Part shown: positions 30,066 through 39,306 of the stretch, piece by piece | Layout of the letters: every line of letters starts with the position of its first letter | How positions within the stretch are numbered: position 1 is the first letter of the stretch | DNA from: an uncultured Bacteroidales bacterium | GTDB taxonomy: Bacteria; Bacteroidota; Bacteroidia; Bacteroidales; VadinHA17 | Assembly (NCBI GenBank): GCA_963789465.1 | Contig: CAWBLL010000019.1 | Location: 923,060 to 987,059 of the forward strand | Length of the DNA stretch: 64,000 nt | Direction of reading: 5' to 3' | Program-made: the position numbers and the translations under genes | The notes under the pieces: generated by a model | Database searches by the model: none | Seen by the model: the letters and a program-made list of their open reading frames with translations, nothing else | What the model was told of the DNA's origin: nothing

Positions 30066-30878
30066 ATGAAAAAGATAATCTTAATCAATACAATAGCCAT
30101 GAAATCAAAGATCAATCGTTTATCCCCGGTAACAGAGACGCCCGAATTGAGAGCCTCGGTGAAAATGTTTACATTATTCCTGTTTCTTCTTGTAATGCCT
30201 ATGAACAGTATTTTATTTGCCGCGGTACCGGAACCAGGTTCAACAACAGTTAAGAAATGCAGGGATTTCACAGTGACCGGTGACGGCAGTTCTCCTGAGT
30301 GGAAGAGTACCGACTGGCTCAATGTGGTTCAGAAAGGGGAGTCCACCCCGGGGTATTCCACCAGGGTTAAGGTCCTCTATTCTGAAACTGGCATCTATTT
30401 CCTTTTCAATTGCGAAGATAAAAAGCTTACCTCAACGTTGAAGGGAGATTTCCTTGATCTCTACAATGAAGATGTTGTGGAGGTTTTTCTATGGCCGGAT
30501 GAGAGCTTCCCCGTATATTTCGAATATGAAGTTTCTCCCCTTAACTATGAACTGCCTATAATAATACCGAACTACCAGGGAAAATTCTTTGGATGGAGGC
30601 CGTGGCATTATGAGGGTGAACGTCTTACTCAGCATGCTACGTCAGTTACAGGAGGACAGAAGGTCAGCGGAGCAACCGTTACCGGGTGGATGGCTGAATT
30701 TTTCATACCATATAAACTTCTGGTACCATTGAATAATGTTCCGCCTGTTTCAGGTACCAAATGGAGGGCAAATATGTACAGAATCGATTATGACAATGGT
30801 ACGAAGCATTTTGCATGGCAGAAGATCGACAAAAGCTTTCATGAATATAATCACTTCGGCACTTTCATCTTTGAATAA
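30066..30878 (+). CDS. Carbohydrate-binding family 9 (CBM9/DOMON)-like protein
   Basis: The C-terminal context WMAEFFIPYKLL...GTKWRANMYRIDYD is typical of CBM9-like proteins. The signal peptide begins at the internal ATG at 30165 (MFTLFLFLLVMPMNSILFA), which is probably the real start. Confidence 0.65.
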   Translation: MKKIILINTIAMKSKINRLSPVTETPELRASVKMFTLFLFLLVMPMNSILFAAVPEPGSTTVKKCRDFTVTGDGSSPEWKSTDWLNVVQKGESTPGYSTRVKVLYSETGIYFLFNCEDKKLTSTLKGDFLDLYNEDVVEVFLWPDESFPVYFEYEVSPLNYELPIIIPNYQGKFFGWRPWHYEGERLTQHATSVTGGQKVSGATVTGWMAEFFIPYKLLVPLNNVPPVSGTKWRANMYRIDYDNGTKHFAWQKIDKSFHEYNHFGTFIFE

Positions 30879-30884
30879 ATATTA

Positions 30885-32624
30885 TCAGAAAGGAGCAAGT
30901 GAAGTATATATTATTTTGCCATCCAGGATAGTCATAAGCGATCTGATCTCTTTTATGCTGTCGGCGGGGCAGGTGAGGATGTTATCACTTAGAACTGCCA
31001 GGTCAGCCAGTTTTCCGGGTTCGATCGATCCTTTGATTGTTTCTTCGGATGTTGCATAGGCATTATTGATTGTATAGGCCCTGAGAGCCTCCTCTCTTGT
31101 AAGGCTTTCTTCCTGATTGAAGACAGAACCTCGTTCAGTTTTTCTTGTAACCATTGAGTACATGGCAAGGAAAGGATTATAGGGATTAATTGAAGTGCTG
31201 GCATCCCATTTTACCATATGATCGGAGCCTCCGTTGATCATTACACCAGCATCGGTCAATCTCCTGTAGGGATGGAAGATTTTCAGCTTTTCACTGCCTA
31301 GTATCGAATTCATCGCATCGGCATCCTTATAATACCATGCCGGCTGGATATTGGCATAAACTCCCAGCTCCGCCATCTTTCTGATTGCATTATCATTGAA
31401 AAAATTACCATGTATGATGGAGAATCTTTTTTCTTTTATCGTTTTTTGTCCGTTTACAGCCTCATACACATCAAGCAGCATGTCAACGGCTGCCTCCCCG
31501 GTTGCATGGGCCGTAAAACTCCAGTTTAATTCATTGGCGGCCGAAACAACCGATAGTAGCTGTTCCCTGGTAAAATTCACCACTCCGCGGTAAGCCGGAT
31601 CACTGATACCATAAATCCCGGCTGCATTAACACCCCAGGGCTCTTCCATAAAGGCTGTTCCCGTAAGTATGCCTCCGTCAAGGTAAACCTTTAACTGGCC
31701 TATTCGAACCCATTCATCCCCATCGCCGGTGACCCAGGGATACTGCTTTATTTTTTCACCCGGAGATTCCAATGTGCTGTCCCACATTGACGCCAGCAGT
31801 ATATTCTGGTAAATCCTGGCAGTAAGTATCTTTTTGTCTTCCATATCTTTATACATTCTAACCGACTCAGGATCACCCTGTCCCGAGACGAGACTTGTGA
31901 GACCATACTCGTTGTACCGCCTGAGCATTGCACAGAGCGCATCCTCTTTTTCGCTGTATGAAAGAACCTTTTGTTCAGGTATTTTCAGAAGTCCGAAAGC
32001 TGATGATCTGATAAATCCGGTAGGGGCCCCCGTCTTTGGGTCCTTCAGGATACCCTTGTGCGGAGTCGCCGGAGTGATCCCCGAAATCTTCATGGCGGTG
32101 GAATTTATCATCCCTCCGAATGATCCGTTAAGAAAAACAGGATGGCCGGGAGAGACACTGTCGAGCTCAGACAGTGTCGGCTGCCTCATTTCCATTAGTC
32201 TTGTCGGGAAGAATTTTGGCATTATGATCCAGCTCCCTGCAGGCTTTGACCCTTCACATTCCCTTATCCATCCTAGCAGTTGTGATATAGTATGAACATC
32301 AGGGATTTTCTCTTCGAGTTCGCTGACAGAGGCTGATTCAGGGTGAAGGTGAGAATCTATCAAACCCGGGATGACACATTTCCCGTGAAGATCCAGTATC
32401 CTTGTTCCGGAGCCGGACAGTTTTTTCATTTCACTGCTGGTTCCGGTTGCGGTGATTTTGTTGCCGGTGATGGCAAGGCCCTCGAATATCGTGAAATCCT
32501 TGTTTACCGTTATAATTTTCCCGTTCAGAAGTATAAGGTCGGCAGTTTTCATAGTTTTACATGACGGGTGAATGATGAGTGAAATTGAAATAATAAACAA
32601 CTGTACGGCATATTTAACTTTCAT
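30885..32624 (-). CDS. Amidohydrolase-3 family metal-dependent hydrolase (YtcJ-like)
   Basis: 579 aa with a lipoprotein-type signal (IIHPSCKT), the HxH motif LIDSHLHP and a C-terminal GSIEPGKLADL context. Confidence 0.85.
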   Translation of the reverse strand: MKVKYAVQLFIISISLIIHPSCKTMKTADLILLNGKIITVNKDFTIFEGLAITGNKITATGTSSEMKKLSGSGTRILDLHGKCVIPGLIDSHLHPESASVSELEEKIPDVHTISQLLGWIRECEGSKPAGSWIIMPKFFPTRLMEMRQPTLSELDSVSPGHPVFLNGSFGGMINSTAMKISGITPATPHKGILKDPKTGAPTGFIRSSAFGLLKIPEQKVLSYSEKEDALCAMLRRYNEYGLTSLVSGQGDPESVRMYKDMEDKKILTARIYQNILLASMWDSTLESPGEKIKQYPWVTGDGDEWVRIGQLKVYLDGGILTGTAFMEEPWGVNAAGIYGISDPAYRGVVNFTREQLLSVVSAANELNWSFTAHATGEAAVDMLLDVYEAVNGQKTIKEKRFSIIHGNFFNDNAIRKMAELGVYANIQPAWYYKDADAMNSILGSEKLKIFHPYRRLTDAGVMINGGSDHMVKWDASTSINPYNPFLAMYSMVTRKTERGSVFNQEESLTREEALRAYTINNAYATSEETIKGSIEPGKLADLAVLSDNILTCPADSIKEIRSLMTILDGKIIYTSLAPF

Positions 32625-32752
32625 ATTGCTTTATTAATTATTTCTTGTGATCTTTAATTCCAAATGATCCTGAACATAACGGGTTCAGTAAATGTCATGT
32701 TGATATTGCAATTTAATAAATAAATAAAGTTTCCATACAAAAACAACTCAAA

Positions 32753-33410
32753 ATGAATAAGATTTCCAATAACTCATCTATCAGAAGATTACTTAAGCTT
32801 TGTCTGGTTTCTCTTCTGTTTCCTCTTGCTTATTGTACAGCACAGTACAGGCCCGGACTTTTCTTCAGGGAAGACTGGAAGGAGATCCCTGCAGCAACAC
32901 CAGTTACACAGGCGCATGTGGCGAACAAGGATCTTTTACTGGGATTATATGGTCCTGGTTGTGACAGCATTAAGAAAAGTCACCATGATACACCTTCCGA
33001 TGATCCGTATTATATATGGTCCGGCTTATGCCTGGGCAACTGGGCAGTAACCCTGAAAAATCCAAAATTTTATGTTGATCTGAGCAGCTATCGGAAAGAT
33101 AATGTGGAGATCAAAGCAAGCCGGCCTTCGCTGCCTGCATCCACTCCTGAAGCTTGCTGACGGTACCTGGCTGGTGGGAAACCTGGGCGACTGCACATCA
33201 AAGGACTGGCGGATAACCGAATTCAATATTGCAGATATAACCTGGTACACACTTGATATTAAATCTGTAATCGAAATAAGACCGGTTTCGGATCCCGATC
33301 TCTCGAAAGTTGAGGAAGTGGGTTTTACAGATCTTATGACAGGCGGGGCAAGCGATGCGTGTTCCAGGCTTGACTGGATTGAGGTCTATGGTAAACCTGT
33401 AAAACGGTAG
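32753..33410 (+). pseudogene. Secreted hypothetical protein split by a +1 frameshift (or an assembly indel)
   Basis: ORF 32753-33160 (signal peptide) and ORF 33102-33410 overlap. The second frame is open from 33084. Joining near 33089-33095 (...YVDLSSY / GKIMWRSKQAGL...) gives one ~219-aa protein. Confidence 0.6.
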
Positions 33411-33428
33411 CGGAAAATATAATTAAGT

Positions 33429-33564
33429 AATTTAACCACGGGGTTACCCGGAGTTTTCACCTAGTCGCCCGGATTCATACTCCGTGTATCTCCAGTTTTA
33501 AGACTCACTGAATTCAACTCAGTGTCTTACTCCATGCTACCCGGTGAAACTCAGTGGTTAAATT
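33429..33564. repeat. Palindromic intergenic element with 11-bp perfect terminal inverted repeats and ACTC(N)GTG modules
   Basis: AATTTAACCAC (33429-33439) is the exact reverse complement of GTGGTTAAATT (33554-33564). Five internal ACTCnnTG-type octamers on the right (ACTCCGTG, ACTCACTG, ACTCAGTG, ACTCCATG, ACTCAGTG) and two inverted, more degenerate copies on the left. Confidence 0.6.
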
Positions 33565-33783
33565 TTAAATTGCAAATATTTTAGTTCAGATTAAAAGCTT
33601 CGATGGCTATTTGATCTCAGAAAAGATACAAGCTCCCCAGGCTTGTTTGTCTGTATTCCATTGAAATATAGAAATAATAAATTCATTCGCTAATTCAGAT
33701 ATCCAATGCGGATATAAACTATCATGTAACAATTATGTAATGGAATATTAACCTTATTTGTCATATTGCTATCTGTTTGCAAG

Positions 33784-33841
33784 TATCTTTGTTAATATTT
33801 ATGAGAAAAGGTTAATATTTGATGTAAGAAGACTAATATTC
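33784..33841 (+). promoter_or_regulatory. Candidate susC promoter/operator: TATCTTTG -7 box abutting 20-bp-phased GTTAATATTT direct repeats
   Basis: TATCTTTG (33784-33791) matches TAnnTTTG. GTTAATATTT is present exactly at 33791 and 33811, with a degenerate third copy at 33831 and an inverted copy AATATTAAC at 33744-33752. Confidence 0.35.
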
Positions 33842-33964
33842 TATAATCTTGATCCAAGTTAAAAGCATAACTTTGAATAACAATTTAGATAATTGTGTAT
33901 AAACTCTTTACTGACCTTAAGATTTGGGAATGCATTTAATTATTATTAACTAATCTTTTATCCT

Positions 33965-36900
33965 ATGAAAAAAAAGGTGTTAGAACTGCTCCTCATGGGC
34001 TTGTTTGTGCTATGTTCCAGCAGCATTTTTGCCCAGGTCAAAGTGAGTGGTGTTGTCAAGAGCTCAACGGGAGAAGTTCTTCCGGGAACTACTGTCGTTG
34101 TAAAAGGTACCTCTACGGGGGCCCTGGCGGGTCCTGATGGGAAATATACCATTACTGCTCCCAATACGGAGGCAACGCTGATTTTTACATTTCTGGGAAT
34201 GGGGAGCCAGGAAATTCCCCTGAATGGAAGAACGGTTGTTGATGTGGTGATGACCCAGGAGAGTATTGCAATGGATGAGGTCGTTGTGACTGCTCTGGGT
34301 ATTACCAGAGAAAAGAAATCCCTGGCTTATTCTGTCGGCGAAGTCAAGTCCGATGAGATGGTAAGAGCCGGAAACACAAACGTCATGAAATCGCTTGAGG
34401 GTAAGATCAGTGGTGTGAACCTTACAAGCTTGAGCAGTGACCCCACTTCCTCTGTACTGGTAAATATCCGCGGAACAACTGCAATGCCATCAACAAGTGA
34501 TGCCAACGTTTCAGTCAAAGGTCAGCCTTTATATGTGATAGATGGCGTTCCGGTGGGAACTCAGTCATTTACAAATAAAAACGGGGTTGATTTTGGTAAC
34601 ATCCTTTCTCAGTTGAATCCTGAAGACATTGAAAATGTAACAGTGCTGAAAGGCGGCAGCGCCGGAGCACTATATGGTTCGGATGGAGGTAATGGGGTAG
34701 TAATGATCACCACCAAATCAGGACGCGGAGGCAAAAAAGGCATTGGCGTATCAGTCTCCACTGCGCTTACGTGGGATCAGCCTTATCAGTTCATAGAGGA
34801 GCAGCAGCAGTTTGGACAGGGTGAACGTGCCTATGAATGGGAGTATGACAATACTGACACCTGGGGACCTCCTCTTGACGGGAGTTATACTGCCGATTAC
34901 TGGAATGTGAAAGACCAGCAATGGGAAACAGGACCGCAGGTCTCGTCAAAGGAGAACAGGATGAAGGCCTACCTGCGGACCGGAACTACCATGACCACAA
35001 ACGTCAATATTAATGGCAATTATGACAAGGGAGCCTTCCGTCTCTCCTTCAGCAATTTGGGAAACCAGGGTGTTATGCCCAATACCCAGACAAATCAGAA
35101 ATCAATTTCTCTTAATTCTGAATATAAACTGACGAATAAGGTAAAAATATCTGCAAATGTGAGCTATGTACGTACATTTTCACCAAACAAGGCTAACGTG
35201 GTAGGATCGAACAGTATCCTTAATAACCTGCTGTTCAATTTTCCGACCAACCTTCAGCCACTTGCGGATATGAAAGATTACTGGCTCACAGGTTTCGACG
35301 GAGTGCTTATGAATGGCGCAATCATGAAGGACAACGGGATAGATGTTGATACGGAAAATCCCTGGTGGTCAACCTATGAGAAAATAAACATTTTTACTCG
35401 TGATAATTTTTTTGGCAAAGTTCAGATGGACTGGCAGTTAAGTAAAGACTTTTCCCTGATGGTTCGTTCGGGGCTGGATAATGTGGTAGAAAATTATGAA
35501 TACAGGCAATCATTCGGAAAAAGAGCTCTCTCTCAGCGCGCGGGTGCCGGTGACGGTCAGTTCCAAACCAGCAATTCGAGCAACCTTATGATTAATTCTG
35601 ATGCTATCCTGACTTTTAATAAAAATGTCGGTAAATTTAACATCACAGTTAACGGAGGAGCAAACTATGCCTATGTTAATTCAAGCAGTTATGACATGAA
35701 TGCAGCTTCTCTTGTTGTTCCTTCCCTCTTTACGATGGCCAATGCTTTTCCGGGGAAGCTGACCGCATCTTATGGGTGGGGTGCATCTCCTTCCTATAGC
35801 GTATATGGAACAGCTGACGTGGGATGGAATAATCAGCTTTTTGTGGGAGTCACGGGACGTAATGACTGGAAAGGAAACCTGCCTGAAGAAAAAATCCATT
35901 ATTTCTATCCCTCCTTTTCTGCTTCGTGGGTTGCGTCAGAAACATTCCAGCTTCCTGAAGCGATTGACCTGTTGAAAATAAGGATAGGCTTGGCGGATGT
36001 AGGTAATGGACTTGTCAAACAGAGATCCATCGATACATATACCTTTGATTCACCTGACTGGTCAGGAACTGTAAAAACAGCCTCCCTTAATGCTACACTG
36101 GTTGATCCTGACATCAAGCCGATGCATTCAATTACGAAAGAAGCCGGAGCTGATCTGTGGTTATTTAAGAGAAGAGTGATGTTTGACTTTACCTACTTCA
36201 TTAAAAACCAGAACGATCAACTTGGATCTATTCCCCTGGTTCAGGGAACCGGTTATTCAAGCATGACTACTAATGTAGGTGATGTCGAGAGCAAAGGTTA
36301 TGAATGGGGATTGACGGTTACTCCTGTAAGAACACAGGACTGGAGCTGGGATCTGTCGGTTTCGTTTACCCATTATAAAGCACACATTACCAGCCTGTCT
36401 GATAAATTTGCCCCTAAGGGTTACGTATTCGCCGGGTATGATGGAAAGACTGTTGTAAAAATTGCGGTAGGTGAAGAGATCGGTAATATTTATGAACAAA
36501 ACCCGATCCTCAGGGTAAAAACAGGCCGGTATGCCGGAATGCCTCTTCTTGATGGTGCTGGAGGTGAATTCCAGAATTCACCCGATGAGACTGACAGGGC
36601 TATGCTGGGGAACTACAACCCGGATTTTATACTTGGCGGCAATACCACTATAAGATATAAGTCATTTTCACTTAACATTGTCAGTAGTTTTCGTAAAGGT
36701 GGAAAGTATATATCAGTTAACCAGCAATACCTGGAATCCAACGGAAGGGTTAATACCACTCTGGGCTCAGGTCCTGATAATCCCTGGTGGAACGGCGGAC
36801 GTACTCCTGAACTTGGCGGTCTTCCCTGGCCGGCAGAAGGATCCAGCATGTACGAAGCCATCAATACCAACAATGATGGTCAGCGCTCCGACTTCAATGA

Positions 36901-37321
36901 TGCCAGTTATGCAAAAGGTGTTTTCCTGAATCCCGATTATTCCGGCGACCCTGCCGAAGCTACTGATGCCGATTATATTGTCAATGGTGCTGATCCGAAT
37001 AATACATTCTATCAGTTCCCTTACAATAGCTATGGCGACGTAATATGGAACTTCACCTCAACTAGAACTTATGATGCTACTAATTTTAAGATGAAAGAGG
37101 TCTCCCTTACATATACACTTCCAAATTCCCTGACAAGCAAGATCAGTGTCAGTAATGTCAATATTTCCCTGATAGGAAGGAACATTTTCCAGTGGAATAA
37201 ATCGGGCAGGCATGAAGATCCTGAGTCTGCATTCACGGGAGTTGGCATAAACCAGGGAATTCTCAGGGCAACGTTGCCAAGCATCAGGTCAATGGGATTT
37301 AAGCTGGCGTTCGATTTTTAA
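33965..37321 (+). CDS. SusC/RagA family TonB-dependent outer-membrane transporter
   Basis: 1118 aa with a signal peptide. It has a carboxypeptidase-D-regulatory-like N-domain (VKVSGVVKSSTGEVLPGTTVVVKGT), a TonB-box region DEVVVTALG and a C-terminal beta-barrel ending in F. Confidence 0.95.
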   Translation: MKKKVLELLLMGLFVLCSSSIFAQVKVSGVVKSSTGEVLPGTTVVVKGTSTGALAGPDGKYTITAPNTEATLIFTFLGMGSQEIPLNGRTVVDVVMTQESIAMDEVVVTALGITREKKSLAYSVGEVKSDEMVRAGNTNVMKSLEGKISGVNLTSLSSDPTSSVLVNIRGTTAMPSTSDANVSVKGQPLYVIDGVPVGTQSFTNKNGVDFGNILSQLNPEDIENVTVLKGGSAGALYGSDGGNGVVMITTKSGRGGKKGIGVSVSTALTWDQPYQFIEEQQQFGQGERAYEWEYDNTDTWGPPLDGSYTADYWNVKDQQWETGPQVSSKENRMKAYLRTGTTMTTNVNINGNYDKGAFRLSFSNLGNQGVMPNTQTNQKSISLNSEYKLTNKVKISANVSYVRTFSPNKANVVGSNSILNNLLFNFPTNLQPLADMKDYWLTGFDGVLMNGAIMKDNGIDVDTENPWWSTYEKINIFTRDNFFGKVQMDWQLSKDFSLMVRSGLDNVVENYEYRQSFGKRALSQRAGAGDGQFQTSNSSNLMINSDAILTFNKNVGKFNITVNGGANYAYVNSSSYDMNAASLVVPSLFTMANAFPGKLTASYGWGASPSYSVYGTADVGWNNQLFVGVTGRNDWKGNLPEEKIHYFYPSFSASWVASETFQLPEAIDLLKIRIGLADVGNGLVKQRSIDTYTFDSPDWSGTVKTASLNATLVDPDIKPMHSITKEAGADLWLFKRRVMFDFTYFIKNQNDQLGSIPLVQGTGYSSMTTNVGDVESKGYEWGLTVTPVRTQDWSWDLSVSFTHYKAHITSLSDKFAPKGYVFAGYDGKTVVKIAVGEEIGNIYEQNPILRVKTGRYAGMPLLDGAGGEFQNSPDETDRAMLGNYNPDFILGGNTTIRYKSFSLNIVSSFRKGGKYISVNQQYLESNGRVNTTLGSGPDNPWWNGGRTPELGGLPWPAEGSSMYEAINTNNDGQRSDFNDASYAKGVFLNPDYSGDPAEATDADYIVNGADPNNTFYQFPYNSYGDVIWNFTSTRTYDATNFKMKEVSLTYTLPNSLTSKISVSNVNISLIGRNIFQWNKSGRHEDPESAFTGVGINQGILRATLPSIRSMGFKLAFDF

Positions 37322-37351
37322 TGTCTGACTTTCATTTAAAAACAGAAAAAT

Positions 37352-38995
37352 ATGAAATCATTTATCACAAAAATATTCATTCTTTCTTTGCTCATAGGAA
37401 TATCTTCCTGTAGTAAAGAGGCTCTGCGGCAAAATGACCTGCTGCAGCAAAAGGATGCTATCGAATCACTCAATGACCCATTCCTGTTATCCTCCATAAT
37501 CAGGCAATCATGTATTTTTTACCAGGACAGGGGATGGGGAGATACAAGACTTCCCGGTGCTGTTCAGTATACCATGCGTAATTACCAGGGTGGCGATAAC
37601 TATTACAACTCTTTCAGAGGGCTGCCAACCGATATGTATGATGCAATGACTATTCTTAAATTCATTGATTCTGCAATTGGTTTAGCCAAAGACAGAGGCT
37701 CTGATACCCATGTTGGTATTTTTACAACTTTCAGGGTTCTTTTTTTCTCATTCATGACTGATTATTACGGGGATGTGTATTACAGTCAGGCTCTTAAAGG
37801 CCGGGAAGGGCTCCTCTATCCCGTTTATGACAAACAAGCCGATATTTATGCCGGTCTCCTGCAGGAGCTGGATGATGCAAGCGCAATGATCACCGGCGGA
37901 AGCGACGTAGTAAATTCTACATATGACCTGATGTTTGGTGGTGATAAAACCCAATGGCTGAAATTCTGCAATTCACTTAAGCTGCGTCTGCTGATGCGTG
38001 AATCCGCAAAACTTTCCGATGCCGGCGCAAAGATCAGTGCAGTAGCTGCTCTTCCCCTGCTCTCTGAGGAATCTGACATGAATGCATCAATGCCTTATGT
38101 GGGGACAACCCCTGTAAACTCATGGGTAGGTGGATCAAATAACTGGGCAAACAGCGGTGATTTTGAGAAAAGAAGGCCATGCAAAACACTCGTTGACCTG
38201 ATGGCAGAGCTGAAAGATCCCAGGATGGAAGTCTGGTTTGCTCCGATCGAAGAACCATGGACCGGCGATATTCTTCAGGATGGCGTTTCATTTAATACAA
38301 CTGACCCGAATGGATATACCTATACATCCACCTGGGAATATATTGACAGGTCAAATCCGGAAATCGCTGCCCAGATTTCCAATATCCTTGATTCAAATAA
38401 GGTGTATGCCGGATGGATAGCCGGGATGAACGGAGATTTTAAAAATGGCAACGGACATTATAATACAGCTGCAGGAGGAACATATGGCAATTTCAAAGTT
38501 TCCAAATATTCAAAACTGTTCCAGGAAAATTCCCATGAACTGATCAGGGCTCAGATAATGAACAAGGATGAAGTTCAGTTCATTCTTGCTGAGGCTGCTG
38601 TAAAAGGATATATTACCGGTAATGCCGATACCTATTACAGAACAGGTATAAGGTATTCCATGGAACGCTGGGGCATAAGCGAATCAGATATTGCTGATTA
38701 TCTTGCTCAGCCGTCTATTGCCCTTCCTGGCGATAATGCCGGGGATCTTGCTAAAATCGCGGAACAGAAATGGATTGCCCTCTTCTCGGTGGCTGTTGAG
38801 ACTTATCTTGACCTGCGCAGAACACAGCTTCCGTATATTTTTGATAACGGCAACCTGACAAGTTATAAATTCCCGATACGGTTCAGGTACCCCGGGAATG
38901 AATCGGGTCAGAACAGGGAGGCCTATGATATGGGCGTAGCCACTCTCTCTCCCGCTGTTGACGATGAATTTTCAAAGATCTGGTTATTGCAATAG
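37352..38995 (+). CDS. SusD/RagB family nutrient-binding outer-membrane lipoprotein
   Basis: 547 aa with the lipobox LIGISSC. It lies immediately downstream of susC-like (30-nt gap) and has an alpha-helical TPR-like composition. Confidence 0.9.
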   Translation: MKSFITKIFILSLLIGISSCSKEALRQNDLLQQKDAIESLNDPFLLSSIIRQSCIFYQDRGWGDTRLPGAVQYTMRNYQGGDNYYNSFRGLPTDMYDAMTILKFIDSAIGLAKDRGSDTHVGIFTTFRVLFFSFMTDYYGDVYYSQALKGREGLLYPVYDKQADIYAGLLQELDDASAMITGGSDVVNSTYDLMFGGDKTQWLKFCNSLKLRLLMRESAKLSDAGAKISAVAALPLLSEESDMNASMPYVGTTPVNSWVGGSNNWANSGDFEKRRPCKTLVDLMAELKDPRMEVWFAPIEEPWTGDILQDGVSFNTTDPNGYTYTSTWEYIDRSNPEIAAQISNILDSNKVYAGWIAGMNGDFKNGNGHYNTAAGGTYGNFKVSKYSKLFQENSHELIRAQIMNKDEVQFILAEAAVKGYITGNADTYYRTGIRYSMERWGISESDIADYLAQPSIALPGDNAGDLAKIAEQKWIALFSVAVETYLDLRRTQLPYIFDNGNLTSYKFPIRFRYPGNESGQNREAYDMGVATLSPAVDDEFSKIWLLQ

Positions 38996-39025
38996 AGCTT
39001 TTTGAGGTTTTGTTTTGTAAAGATC

Positions 39026-39057
39026 AGGGTGCTGTAAGTTCATGCGTACAGCACCCT
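39026..39057 (+). terminator. Hairpin after susD-like (11-bp perfect stem)
   Basis: AGGGTGCTGTA (39026-39036) pairs with TACAGCACCCT (39047-39057) across a 10-nt loop, followed by TTTC. The hairpin lies 30 nt after the stop. Confidence 0.55.
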
Positions 39058-39306
39058 TTCTATCTGGGATTTTTGCTTCCCTTTCTATCCATTAAGGCGG
39101 AATGGTTGATTGCCGGGAATTTTTAATAAGTTCGTTTCTATCCCCAAATCCCCCCTAAGCCTGCGCATCACCGCTTCGGCGGAGCAATGCTGTGGTCCGG
39201 ATAGTTATAGAGACAGGGGTGAAATAAGCAAGACAGACCTTTTCGATAGGACACAGGAAAGGGGTTAAATGCATTTTGTTTATCCAAATAATTACAATAG
39301 TCAGCC

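Noticed and set aside
33429-33564. tRNA or other known small RNA in the palindromic element.
   Set aside because: No cloverleaf, no GTTCGAATC-like T-loop and no anticodon-stem arrangement are present. The symmetry fits a repeat or hairpin element.
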